A DNA stretch of 29,837 nt from Patescibacteria group bacterium (GTDB lineage: Bacteria; Patescibacteriota; CPR2; UBA1875), in NCBI GenBank assembly GCA_041737595.1, contig JBGSRK010000017.1:1-29837 (forward strand), read 5' to 3'. The notes beneath the pieces were generated by a model. That model worked only from the letters and a program-made list of their open reading frames with translations, was not told the origin of the DNA and ran no database searches. A program made the position numbers and the translations under genes. Positions 16,797 to 27,987 of this stretch are shown piece after piece. Each line of letters begins with the position of its first letter. Position 1 is the first letter of the stretch.

Positions 16797-17366
16797 ATGA
16801 GTTTATTATTATGGATTGTACTAGGTTTAGCACTAGTAGTTGGTGGTTTTTTAGTTTCTGTTTATAACGGGCTAATTAGCTTGAAGACAAGGGCTCAAAA
16901 CGCAGAAAAAGATATTGATGTTCAATTAAAAAGAAGATTTGAACTTATCCCTAATTTAGTAGAAACAGTAAAGGGTTATGCAAAACATGAAAAGGGGACT
17001 CTTGAAAAAGTAACAGCTGCAAGAGCGGGGCTTACTACAGGTTCAATGAAAGAAAAAGTAGCATCAAATAATATGCTTGCTGAGACATTGAAATCTCTTT
17101 TTGCCGTTGCAGAAAGCTATCCAGATCTTAAAGCTAACCAAGGTTTTTTAGATCTCCAAACACAACTTACAGAAACACAAGATAAAATAATGGGTTCACA
17201 AAGATATTACAATGCATACGTACAACAATATGATGAAAGAGTCCAACAATTCCCAACAAACATAGTTGCTGGGATGTTTGGATTTCATGAAAAAGACTTT
17301 GAATATCTAGACGTTGCTGATAATGAAAAAGCCAACGTCAAAGTTGATTTTTCTGAAAAAGAATAA
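16797..17366 (+). CDS. lemA: LemA family protein
   Basis: IDVQLKRRFELIPNLVETVKGYAKHE, AESYPDLKAN, FPTNIVA. Start moved to ATG 16797 after AAGGAG; the ATG at 16776 lies inside the repeat. Confidence 0.95.
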   Translation: MSLLLWIVLGLALVVGGFLVSVYNGLISLKTRAQNAEKDIDVQLKRRFELIPNLVETVKGYAKHEKGTLEKVTAARAGLTTGSMKEKVASNNMLAETLKSLFAVAESYPDLKANQGFLDLQTQLTETQDKIMGSQRYYNAYVQQYDERVQQFPTNIVAGMFGFHEKDFEYLDVADNEKANVKVDFSEKE

Positions 17367-17390
17367 ATCATAGCTTTAAAAGGAGACACG

Positions 17391-17888
17391 ATGGCAAAAA
17401 GTTTCACATTAAGCACAGCTCTCCAAATATTTTATACAGCTTTTTTAGGACTTATTATAGCTTTGTTCTTTGGTTTAGGGGTTGGAGCTTTTTATGAATC
17501 TCCTAAAATGCCAGAATCACCTTCATATTCAGAACCAATAAAAGAATCGACAGTTGAGACGCCAGAGGATAAAACTGCAAGACTGAAATTTGATTCAGAT
17601 CAGAAAAAATATGAAGAGGATTTTAAATTATACAGTCGAAATGTATCAATAATAACAACCATTTTTGCAGTAATAACATTAGTATTTGCTCTTTTTGTTG
17701 TCCATAACGTTTTTATTATTTCAGACGGGTTACTTTTAGGGGCTGTTTTTACTCTTGGTTATAGTATTATTCGAGGGTTAATGACAGAGGATGTAAAATT
17801 TAGATTTATTATTGTCACCGTTGGTCTTATTATCACAATTGCAGTTGGCTATTTCAAATTTATAAAACCTCAAAAAGAAATTAAATAA
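17391..17888 (+). CDS. Hypothetical membrane protein (about 4 TM)
   Basis: Four hydrophobic segments with one soluble loop; AAGGAG SD. Confidence 0.85.
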   Translation: MAKSFTLSTALQIFYTAFLGLIIALFFGLGVGAFYESPKMPESPSYSEPIKESTVETPEDKTARLKFDSDQKKYEEDFKLYSRNVSIITTIFAVITLVFALFVVHNVFIISDGLLLGAVFTLGYSIIRGLMTEDVKFRFIIVTVGLIITIAVGYFKFIKPQKEIK

Positions 17889-17906
17889 CAATTGAAAGGA
17901 TTTTTT

Positions 17907-18158
17907 ATGAGTGAAAAAAAATTAGGGGTCATAACTCATTATTTTGATCATTTAAAAGTTGGGATAATAAAAGTAAGTAGCCCAATAAAAGTTGGTGATA
18001 AAGTATATATAAAAGGTCATACTACAGACTTCAAACAAGAAATTACTGAAATCCAGCTTGAACATGAATCAATCGAAACAGCTAAAAAAGGGCAAGAAGT
18101 TGGGATTAAGGTAAAAAAAATAGTTAGAGAAGGTGATCAAGTACTCGCAGCTGAATAA
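17907..18158 (+). CDS. Translation-factor domain II-like / peptidase U32 C-terminal-like beta-barrel protein
   Basis: GVITHYF..KVG, GHTTDFKQ, AKKGQEVGIK, VREGDQV; start at ATG 17907 after AAGGA. Confidence 0.85.
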   Translation: MSEKKLGVITHYFDHLKVGIIKVSSPIKVGDKVYIKGHTTDFKQEITEIQLEHESIETAKKGQEVGIKVKKIVREGDQVLAAE

Positions 18159-18204
18159 AATTAATCAAAAACTCCTGACTTCGGCCAGGAGTTTTTGATT
18201 AATT
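18159..18204. terminator. Bidirectional terminator
   Basis: AATTAATCAAAAACTCCTG...CAGGAGTTTTTGATTAATT, 19-bp arms around a CTTCGG loop. Confidence 0.8.
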
Positions 18205-18331
18205 AATCTGTGTCGACTTCTGTGCTATTATCAATATTGTCGAGCATTGAATCTGTTTGTAACTGATCCGCAGCAGCTTTACCGGTTTTTAAAACACCAA
18301 TTTTCCTTAAAAAGTCCAAAAATTTCCCCAT
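18203..18331 (-). CDS. Small protein (42 aa) with N-terminal amphipathic helix
   Basis: MGKFLDFLRKIGVLKTGKAAADQLQTDSMLDNIDNSTEVDTD; AAGGAG SD 5 nt upstream; the stop abuts the bidirectional terminator. Confidence 0.7.
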   Translation of the reverse strand: MGKFLDFLRKIGVLKTGKAAADQLQTDSMLDNIDNSTEVDTD

Positions 18332-18439
18332 AACTTCTCCTTATTAATTAATTCTATATACATTTTAAGTATTTATACTAAAAAGGTAAACATTTTCATA
18401 ATCATGGGTTAATATATAAATATAAGGGAGTTAAAAAAA

Positions 18440-19207
18440 ATGAAATGGCCAAATTATATTGCATTTGTGAGACATGATGTTTCTGCTTATAATCAATTAA
18501 AAATTAACCGTGCCAAAAATTCAGACTACCAAAAGTTTTTAGAATACTTTGAAAAAGACCCTACTTGTTCCAAGACCAAGGTTATGGCGGAGGAGATGAG
18601 CGAAATATATCGTTTGACCCAGGGTGATCATGATACACCCCTAGCTAATAATGGGGTGCAAGCAAAAAAAGCAGGAAAAAACCTAAAAAATGATATAGAA
18701 CTCCCAGATGTAATATATGTTTCTCCATATTTGAGAACTCGTGAAACTTTAAAAAAACTTATTGAAGGATGGCCAGAGCTGGTAAATGTTCGAGTGGTAG
18801 AGGATGAGCGCATACGGGAGCAGGAACATGGTTTGTATACTATCTACAATGACTGGAAGGTATTCTATACTCTATATCCTGAGCAAAAAAGGCTTCACGA
18901 TATCTCTGGTGACTACTGGTATCGTTGGCCTCAGGGTGAGAATGTTTCAGATGTGCGATTAAGAATAAAATCATGGTTTGATACGATAGTGCGTGACTAC
19001 TCAGGTATGAATGTTCTGGTAGTTACACATCATCTGACTATTTTGGCTCTTCGGGCGAACCTAGAGCGTCTGTCGGCAGATGGCTTTATAGATATGAATG
19101 AGAACGACAAGCCGATTAATGCTGGAGTAACTCTCTATCGAGGTGATCCTCTTAAAGGCAAGAATGGTAAACTTATTTTAGATTATTATAATAAAAAGTT
19201 TTATTGA
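18440..19207 (+). CDS. Histidine phosphatase / phosphoglycerate mutase family protein
   Basis: FVRHD (RHG variant), SPYLRTRET, RIREQEHG, PQGEN, VLVVTH. Confidence 0.9.
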   Translation: MKWPNYIAFVRHDVSAYNQLKINRAKNSDYQKFLEYFEKDPTCSKTKVMAEEMSEIYRLTQGDHDTPLANNGVQAKKAGKNLKNDIELPDVIYVSPYLRTRETLKKLIEGWPELVNVRVVEDERIREQEHGLYTIYNDWKVFYTLYPEQKRLHDISGDYWYRWPQGENVSDVRLRIKSWFDTIVRDYSGMNVLVVTHHLTILALRANLERLSADGFIDMNENDKPINAGVTLYRGDPLKGKNGKLILDYYNKKFY

Positions 19208-19220
19208 AAAGAAAGGTATT

Positions 19221-19997
19221 ATGAAAATAACAATTTTAGGAACAGGTACTTTTTATGTAACAAATGAAAGATCTGCACAGTCGTATTTAATTGAAACAAA
19301 TAATAAAAAGATATTAATTGATTGTGGGCCTGGGACATTAAAACAATTAGCTAAAATTGGTCTTAAGCCAGATGATATAGATTATATTTTTTTAAGTCAT
19401 TTCCATGCAGACCATACAAGTGATTTATTCGCATTCCAAATGAACTTTCGTTTAAAAGATTTTTTTAGTGATGAGAAAGATTATAAAACTCCAATAATTT
19501 ATGGGCCAAAGGGGATTGAGGAATTTACTAGAAAACTTTCACATGTTTATCAACTCCCAGCTTTTGATAATTATGATCGTATTAAATATGTTCCCTATAA
19601 TAATCAAGAAATTATAGTTGATAATTTAAGAATTAATACTTTTGGGGTGTCTCATAACGCTTTTGGGGTACAGGCAGATGCTTTTTCTATAAGAATTGAA
19701 GAAAATAATAAAGTCTTTGTCTACTCAGGAGATACAATAAAATGTGAAGGTGTAGAAAAAGCTTCAGAAAATGCAGATATTTTTATTTGTGATGCATCAT
19801 ATTCAAAAGGTAAGGGCGGAGCTGCTCATATGGATACCTTAGACATTGGCGAAATTGCTGAAAAAAGTAATGTAAAAAAAGTAATATTAACGCATTTTTA
19901 TCCAAACACAAACTCAGTTGATCTTTGCGCTGAAGTAAAAGAAAAATTTAACGGTGAAGTTGTTCGAGGGGAAGATTTAATGGAGATAAAATTATAA
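19221..19997 (+). CDS. Metallo-beta-lactamase-fold hydrolase (RNase Z/BN-like)
   Basis: ILGTG, LIDCGPG, SHFHADH, YSGDT, ILTHFYP motifs. Confidence 0.9.
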   Translation: MKITILGTGTFYVTNERSAQSYLIETNNKKILIDCGPGTLKQLAKIGLKPDDIDYIFLSHFHADHTSDLFAFQMNFRLKDFFSDEKDYKTPIIYGPKGIEEFTRKLSHVYQLPAFDNYDRIKYVPYNNQEIIVDNLRINTFGVSHNAFGVQADAFSIRIEENNKVFVYSGDTIKCEGVEKASENADIFICDASYSKGKGGAAHMDTLDIGEIAEKSNVKKVILTHFYPNTNSVDLCAEVKEKFNGEVVRGEDLMEIKL

Positions 19998-20019
19998 TTA
20001 CGCTAAAAGAGGTAAATTT

Positions 20020-20991
20020 TTGCTTTTAACAATATTATTACTCATTTTAGGGTTAATTTTATTAATATATGGTGGGAATCTTGTTGTTGACGGTTCTACC
20101 ACTTTTGCCACAAGGATGAAAATCCCGTCACTTATAATTGGGTTAACAATAGTTGCCTTTGGTACAAGTATCCCAGAGCTTTTTGTCACAATGGTTTCAG
20201 CAAGCGAAAAAGCAGGTGAGCTTGCTTTTTCTGATATTATTGGTAGTAATATTGCAAATACATTACTTATACTCGGTATTGCAGCAATTATTTGCCCAAT
20301 AATCGCAAATAGTAAGTTAATAAAAAAGAATCTTAGTTATTTAGTTTTTGTGACTTTTATTTTTTGGTTATTATCCGATAAAATCTTTATTGGACAGAAT
20401 GCAATCGCATTAGGTTTATTAGGTTCAACTCTTTTATTAATTTCATTTATAATTTTCGTTTATTCACAAACTAAACATATTTTAAATAATAAGAATGAAG
20501 AACCGCTTCTAATTGATTATAAAAAAATTCAAAAATTTTATGCAAAAAACGGTACAACTTTTTTTGCAATAATATCTGGTTTTGTCTTATTGTTTTTTGG
20601 ATCAAGGTTTGTGGTTGATAATGCTCTTTCTATTGCTAAATATTTTTCTTTAACAGAGGGGTTTATTGGTCTTACAATTGTTTCAATTGGGACTTCACTA
20701 CCCGAATTAGCAACAATTATAATTGCTGGGGTTAAAAAAGAAGGTGGAGTAATGTTGGGTAACATAATTGGAACAAATATATTTAATCTCGCCTTTGTTT
20801 TAGGGCTTTCTGGTTTTGCTTACGGCGTGTCTGCTCACACATATCTCAGATATGATATTATATTTCTCCTAGTAATCACCCTAATACTCTATTTTATAGT
20901 TATTAGAAAAAAGGTAATAACTAAAAGTGCAGGGTATTTAATGCTTATAACTTATATTTCTTATTTGAGTTATGTTTTTATTAGAGGATAA
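20020..20991 (+). CDS. Calcium/sodium antiporter (YrbG/CaCA family)
   Basis: Repeated GTSIPEL/GTSLPEL and IIGSNI/IIGTNI alpha motifs; about 10 TM; TTG start after GAGG. Confidence 0.93.
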   Translation: MLLTILLLILGLILLIYGGNLVVDGSTTFATRMKIPSLIIGLTIVAFGTSIPELFVTMVSASEKAGELAFSDIIGSNIANTLLILGIAAIICPIIANSKLIKKNLSYLVFVTFIFWLLSDKIFIGQNAIALGLLGSTLLLISFIIFVYSQTKHILNNKNEEPLLIDYKKIQKFYAKNGTTFFAIISGFVLLFFGSRFVVDNALSIAKYFSLTEGFIGLTIVSIGTSLPELATIIIAGVKKEGGVMLGNIIGTNIFNLAFVLGLSGFAYGVSAHTYLRYDIIFLLVITLILYFIVIRKKVITKSAGYLMLITYISYLSYVFIRG

Positions 20992-21014
20992 TAGATAAAG
21001 AAAAAGGAGTTAAA

Positions 21015-21275
21015 ATGAGCGGTGAGAAATATTCAGGTTCAGAATCTAAACAAGAATTAGAAGAGTATAAGCTTAATATGCAAATTAATTCAATGGGTTT
21101 ATCTGATAGATCTTATAATTTGCTGGATAGAGCTGATATAAAAACACTCAGACAAATTACACAATGTGCTTCAACTGATCTTTTAAATATTAGGAACTTT
21201 GGGCCAAACCAAGTAGAAGAGGTACGTGAAAAACTTCATGAAATTGGACTTAAATTATTGGATGAGAGTGAATAA
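21015..21275 (+). CDS. Stand-alone RNA polymerase alpha C-terminal domain protein
   Basis: LSDRSYNLL..ADIKTL....DLLNIRNFG...VEEVREKL...GLKL; AAGGAG SD; no alpha N-terminal domain. Confidence 0.85.
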   Translation: MSGEKYSGSESKQELEEYKLNMQINSMGLSDRSYNLLDRADIKTLRQITQCASTDLLNIRNFGPNQVEEVREKLHEIGLKLLDESE

Positions 21276-21733
21276 TGGATTTAAAAGAATTAGAACAATT
21301 TTTCTATATTGCAAGATCGAAGACTTATGCGGCAGATGGTAAAAAGATGAAAGCACTTTTGTCTGGTTCTGATCAATTTGAGTATAAAGATGGTGACTGG
21401 TTATATAGAGATGTATATTACACTGGGAAGAATAAATTTACTGGGCTTGAGGCTATATATTATAAAAATAAACCCGTATTTTCAGTTAGTTATTACGGCA
21501 ATTGGGGTAAAATGACTGAAAAAGAAATTGATAATATTTTACGGGGTGCATTAATAGCTAACTATGAAACTAGGAGTTATAAACATATAAAATGGCAAAA
21601 AGATGATTTCAAATATGATTGCATCCCAGATTCATTCTCAAAATCAATAAATGAGATAGGTGGTTATGAATCTATCGCTAAAAACGGGGAAGAAATTTAT
21701 AAGTTTTATTATGGTGGAAGTATTTTAATATAA
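21275..21733 (+). CDS. DUF5680-like protein
   Basis: TYA.DG, YRDVY, G.E.IY...PVF...YYG, G.E.I..NG...Y...Y.GG pattern, recognised from memory. Confidence 0.7.
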   Translation: MDLKELEQFFYIARSKTYAADGKKMKALLSGSDQFEYKDGDWLYRDVYYTGKNKFTGLEAIYYKNKPVFSVSYYGNWGKMTEKEIDNILRGALIANYETRSYKHIKWQKDDFKYDCIPDSFSKSINEIGGYESIAKNGEEIYKFYYGGSILI

Positions 21734-21744
21734 AGGAGTTAAAA

Positions 21745-21987
21745 ATGGTAAAAGAAAAAAAAGAAGAATTTGTGGTTGATGGAGAAGAGGTTCTAAAAAA
21801 AGTAAAAGAAATTATTGCCGCTGGTAATGTTCGCCGAATTATTATAAAAGATATGCAAGATAAAACATTAATTGAAATTCCATTAACAGTTGGGGTTGTA
21901 ATTGCGGTTTTGGCCCCTGTACTTGCAGCAGTTGGTGCCCTTGCGGCTATTGTTACAAAATGTAAAATAATAGTTGAAAAGAAATAA
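21745..21987 (+). CDS. DUF4342-like protein
   Basis: KVKEII.AGNVRRIIIK, EIPLTVG, APVLAAVGALAA. Confidence 0.85.
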   Translation: MVKEKKEEFVVDGEEVLKKVKEIIAAGNVRRIIIKDMQDKTLIEIPLTVGVVIAVLAPVLAAVGALAAIVTKCKIIVEKK

Positions 21988-21997
21988 ATTAGAATTT

Positions 21998-22522
21998 ATG
22001 AAAAAAGTAATAATAATTCATGCTTGGGGGAGTAACCCTAAAGAACATTGGTACCAAGAAGAAAAAAAGATTCTTGAAAATTTAGGGTACAAAGTTTTTT
22101 TACCAGAAATGCCCGGTGGCGATTGGCCTAAAAAAGATGAATGGTTAGAAATAATTAAAGATCTTAAGCCAGATAATGAAACAGTTTTAATTGGCCATAG
22201 TTTAGGGACACCTGCAATATTAAGATATTTAGAAATTGCAGATAGACCAGTCGATAAATTTTTCTCAATAGCAGGCTTTGCACAAGACTTAAAGATAGAA
22301 CAAACAAAGAATTTTGTGTCAGAACCATTTGCTTGGGACAGAATAAGAAGAAATACAAATCATATTTATGTTATTAATGAAATTAATGATCCATATGTTC
22401 CACTTGAAATAGGCAGAGAAATTGCTGAAAAAACCGGAGGAGAATTTATTGAGGTTCCGGGTAATATACATTTTGATAAAATGGATCTAAATTTAATTAA
22501 CACAAGAATAGAAAATTTATGA
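21998..22522 (+). CDS. RBBP9/YdeN-family alpha/beta hydrolase, copy 1
   Basis: IIIHAWG, GHSLG nucleophile elbow, NDPYVP, HF; start at ATG 21998. Confidence 0.88.
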   Translation: MKKVIIIHAWGSNPKEHWYQEEKKILENLGYKVFLPEMPGGDWPKKDEWLEIIKDLKPDNETVLIGHSLGTPAILRYLEIADRPVDKFFSIAGFAQDLKIEQTKNFVSEPFAWDRIRRNTNHIYVINEINDPYVPLEIGREIAEKTGGEFIEVPGNIHFDKMDLNLINTRIENL

Positions 22523-23043
22523 AAAGAGCAATAATAGTACATGGCTGGGGTTCAAACCCAAACGATTGGTGGTTTAAAAAAGAAAAAAAAATTCTTGGAA
22601 AAAAAGGCTACAGAGTCGCGATACCTTTAATGCCCAACACACTTCTTCCTAAAAGAACTATATGGGTTAGAGTTTTGAGACTATTGGTACCAGGGGAGAA
22701 AACCGTTCTAATTGGTCATAGTCTTGGATGCCCAACAATTCTAAGATATCTAGAAAAAGCCAAAAAACCAGTTGATAAAGTTTTTTTAGTTGCACCATTT
22801 GCTCGTGATTTAGGTTTAAATTTTGTTCCAATCCAAGATTTTGTTTCAAAGCCGTTCAATTGGGGGAAAATCAGAGAAAATGCAAATGAATTTTATGTTA
22901 TAACTCAAAAAGATGATGAATGGACACCTGTTGAATATGGGGTTGAAGTCGCTGAAATTTTAGGCGCAAGGCTTACAATTACAGAAGGTAATGATCATCT
23001 CCAAGAGAGTTTAGATTTAAATTTAATAAATGATAATCTATAA
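22519..23043 (+). CDS. RBBP9/YdeN-family alpha/beta hydrolase, copy 2
   Basis: IIVHGWG, GHSLG, DDEWTP, DHL; 4-nt overlap with copy 1. Confidence 0.88.
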   Translation: MKRAIIVHGWGSNPNDWWFKKEKKILGKKGYRVAIPLMPNTLLPKRTIWVRVLRLLVPGEKTVLIGHSLGCPTILRYLEKAKKPVDKVFLVAPFARDLGLNFVPIQDFVSKPFNWGKIRENANEFYVITQKDDEWTPVEYGVEVAEILGARLTITEGNDHLQESLDLNLINDNL

Positions 23044-23096
23044 GCCTCGACTTTTAAGGTTAAAGAGAGTATAATTTAGCGGTTGTATCCTAAGAC

Positions 23097-23208
23097 GTCA
23101 TCCTGAGTACAACGAAGGATCTTTTTAGGTTCTTCATTTCATTCAGAATGACAATAAGAAAGATAGATTCCCGATCAATTTATTATATATTGGTTAGTCG
23201 GGGATGAC
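23097..23208. repeat. REP-like palindromic units in the typA upstream region
   Basis: GTCATCCTGAG..CGAAGGATCT....AGGTTCTTC..TTCAGAATGAC inverted pair, then AGATTCCCGATCAA..GTCGGGGATGAC. Confidence 0.65.
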
Positions 23209-23221
23209 ATAATAGGAATTT

Positions 23222-25030
23222 ATGAATATTAGAAATGTAGCAATTATCGCCCATGTTGATCATGGTAAAACAACATTAGTTGACGGTTTTTTAAAACAAA
23301 CTCATGTTTTTCGTGAAAACGAAGCAGCTTTCACTCAAAACCTAATTTTGGATTCAAATGACCAAGAGCGTGAACGTGGTATTACAATTATGGCAAAAAA
23401 TACTGCCGTAGTTTATAAAGATACTAAAATAAATATAGTAGATACACCTGGCCATGCTGATTTCGGGGGAGAAGTTGAAAGAACCTTAAATATGGCTGAT
23501 GGTGCTATTTTGGTTGTAGACGCTCAAGAAGGCCCTATGCCACAAACAAAATTTGTTCTTGGGAAGGCCCTTGAGCTTGGTTTAAAAATAATTGTTGTTG
23601 TTAATAAAATAGACAAACCTGATTCTCGTGTCAAATGGGTTGTTGATAAAATCCATGATTTATTCTTAGATATGGCAACCGAAGATTCACATCTTGATTT
23701 TCCAGTTTATTATGCAATTTCACGTGAAGGAAAAGCTTGGGCTGAAATGCCTAAAGATTTTAATAAAGAAGCAGATCTAACCCCTATTTTCGAAGGGATT
23801 TTAGAATCTGTACCAGCCCCAAGTGCTGATATTGATGCAACTTTCCAGATGCTTGTATCAACCCTTGACCGAGATAATTTTCAGGGTAAATATGCAATCG
23901 GAAGAATTACAAGAGGGATTGCTGTCATGGGTGCTCCAATTACTTTAATTAATAAAGATGGGGAACATGAAAATGGACGGATTGATCGAGTTTATCTTTC
24001 ACAGGGATTAAAAAGAGTTGAAGTAGAATCAGCTGAAGCTGGGGATATAGTAGCACTAACTGGTATTAAAAATGCAAGTATTGGAGATACAATAGCTGAT
24101 ATTGAAAATCCTGAAGCACTCCCAAATATTCATATTGAAGAACCAACCCTTAAAATGTCTATTTCTCCTAATACTTCTCCATTTGCTGGGAAAGAAGGTA
24201 AATTTGTAACTGGCCGTCAAATTTTAGATAGAATTAATAAAGAACTAGAAACAAATGTATCACTTAAAATGGAAATAGGAGAAAGTGGAGATTATGTTTT
24301 ATCAGGTCGTGGTGAACTTCATCTTTCTGTTTTTATTGAAACCTTAAGACGTGAAGGATTTGAACTTCAGGTTGGAAAACCTCAAGTAATTATAAAAGAA
24401 ATTGATGGAGTAAAATCTGAACCAGTTGAAGAATTAACAATCGATGTAGCAACTGAATCAGTGGGGGCTGTAACTGGTGAAGTAGGGAAAAGAAAAGGTT
24501 CACTTACTTCTCAAACCGAAAATGGAGATGGCACTTCTCGATTGGTATTTGTAATCACTACAAGAGGGATACTTGGGCTACGTAACCTCCTTCTAACGCT
24601 TTCAAAGGGGACTGCTGTTATGAGTTCATTGTTTTTAAGACATGAACCCGTTTCCGGGGCATTACCAAGGCTTAGAAATGGTGTTTTAATCACATCCGAA
24701 TCAGGAAAAGCAGTTGGCTATGGGCTTTCAAATGCTCAAGAAAGAGGGATAATCTTTATAGCACCACAAACTCCAATATATCAAGGAATGATAGTTGGCC
24801 TTAATTCTCGTGAAAATGACCTTGATGTTAATGTTACAAAAGAGAAAAAACTTACAAATACAAGAGCGTCTGGTTCTGATGATGCCCTTGCTCTTACACC
24901 CCCTACAATTTTTAGTTTAGAACAATCACTAGATTTCTTAGAAGATGATGAGTTACTTGAGGTAACTCCAACTTCATTAAGATTACGTAAAAAATATCTC
25001 AATCCATTAGATCGAAAAAGAAATAAATAA
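23222..25030 (+). CDS. typA: Translational GTPase TypA/BipA
   Basis: AHVDHGKTTL, ERERGITI, DTPGHADFGGEVER, NKID, GRGELHL, ELLEVTP..LRLRK. Confidence 0.98.
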   Translation: MNIRNVAIIAHVDHGKTTLVDGFLKQTHVFRENEAAFTQNLILDSNDQERERGITIMAKNTAVVYKDTKINIVDTPGHADFGGEVERTLNMADGAILVVDAQEGPMPQTKFVLGKALELGLKIIVVVNKIDKPDSRVKWVVDKIHDLFLDMATEDSHLDFPVYYAISREGKAWAEMPKDFNKEADLTPIFEGILESVPAPSADIDATFQMLVSTLDRDNFQGKYAIGRITRGIAVMGAPITLINKDGEHENGRIDRVYLSQGLKRVEVESAEAGDIVALTGIKNASIGDTIADIENPEALPNIHIEEPTLKMSISPNTSPFAGKEGKFVTGRQILDRINKELETNVSLKMEIGESGDYVLSGRGELHLSVFIETLRREGFELQVGKPQVIIKEIDGVKSEPVEELTIDVATESVGAVTGEVGKRKGSLTSQTENGDGTSRLVFVITTRGILGLRNLLLTLSKGTAVMSSLFLRHEPVSGALPRLRNGVLITSESGKAVGYGLSNAQERGIIFIAPQTPIYQGMIVGLNSRENDLDVNVTKEKKLTNTRASGSDDALALTPPTIFSLEQSLDFLEDDELLEVTPTSLRLRKKYLNPLDRKRNK

Positions 25031-25069
25031 TTACAACTGGTCCTGATTATTTTATAGTATAATATTAGT

Positions 25070-25924
25070 ATGCCTTGGTATTTTTTTGTAATCATTTCAG
25101 TTTTTTTTGGGGCGATATCAACAGTATTAATTAGAAATATTGTTTCAAAAGAAAAATCTGATCCAATTTCTTTTGCAATTTTTTTTCAAATAATTGCTGG
25201 ATTAGTTGTTGGTTTTTTTGCTTTATATAAGGGCATTAATATAATTGGGTTTAATGCTATTATTCCAAATTTGTTATTAATGGTTTTACTTTATGCCTTT
25301 TCAAACTTTTTTAAATTTAAAGCTTTAAAACAAACAGACGCTTCTAAATATGTAGTAATTTTCCAAGCTCATATGATAATACCTGTTATTTTTGCAATTG
25401 TTATATTAGGTGAAAGTTTTAGTATTTGGCAGGGTATTGGTGCTTTATTGATACTTGCTGGTGCAACAATTGTCACTGATGGAAAAATTAATTTTAAAAG
25501 AGAAAAAGGAGAAGTATATTCAGTGATCACTACAATATTATTTGGTCTAGCAATAGCAAATGATTTTTTTATACTTAAAACAGTTGACCCATATACCTTT
25601 ACAGTGGTTTCCTTGCTTGCTCCTGCAATTTTATTATCAGCTATTTATCCAACATCTTTTAAAAACACAAAATATATTTTAAAAAGTAAAGACGTTTTAA
25701 AACAAATAATCGCTGGAGCTTTATTTGGGTTAATGGTTCTTACTGCGTATATTGCTTATAAAGTAGGTAATAATGCTGCTATAATTTCACCTCTTTCCCA
25801 AACCTCTACAATATTAACTATAATTTTAGGCGTTATTTTCCTAGGAGAGAGAGAAAATTTACCCAAAAAGTTATTAGGTGGGATCCTAAGTATTTTAGGC
25901 GTTATCATAGTCACATTATTGTAA
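25070..25924 (+). CDS. EamA/DMT family transporter
   Basis: About 10 TM in two repeats ending ILGE/FLGE. Confidence 0.9.
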   Translation: MPWYFFVIISVFFGAISTVLIRNIVSKEKSDPISFAIFFQIIAGLVVGFFALYKGINIIGFNAIIPNLLLMVLLYAFSNFFKFKALKQTDASKYVVIFQAHMIIPVIFAIVILGESFSIWQGIGALLILAGATIVTDGKINFKREKGEVYSVITTILFGLAIANDFFILKTVDPYTFTVVSLLAPAILLSAIYPTSFKNTKYILKSKDVLKQIIAGALFGLMVLTAYIAYKVGNNAAIISPLSQTSTILTIILGVIFLGERENLPKKLLGGILSILGVIIVTLL

Positions 25925-25935
25925 CTATTGTTTGA

Positions 25936-27933
<1,998 letters not shown>

Positions 27934-27987
27934 TATAGTTTTTATGTTAAAATCCAAGCGAATAGAGTAACCGTTTAAAACGAAGGG

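Noticed and set aside
19221-19997. RNase Z-like gene as the dedicated partner of the tRNA-leader elements
   Set aside because: It lies ~6.7 kb away among unrelated genes, all six tRNAs encode CCA, and MBL-fold specificity cannot be assigned from motifs alone.
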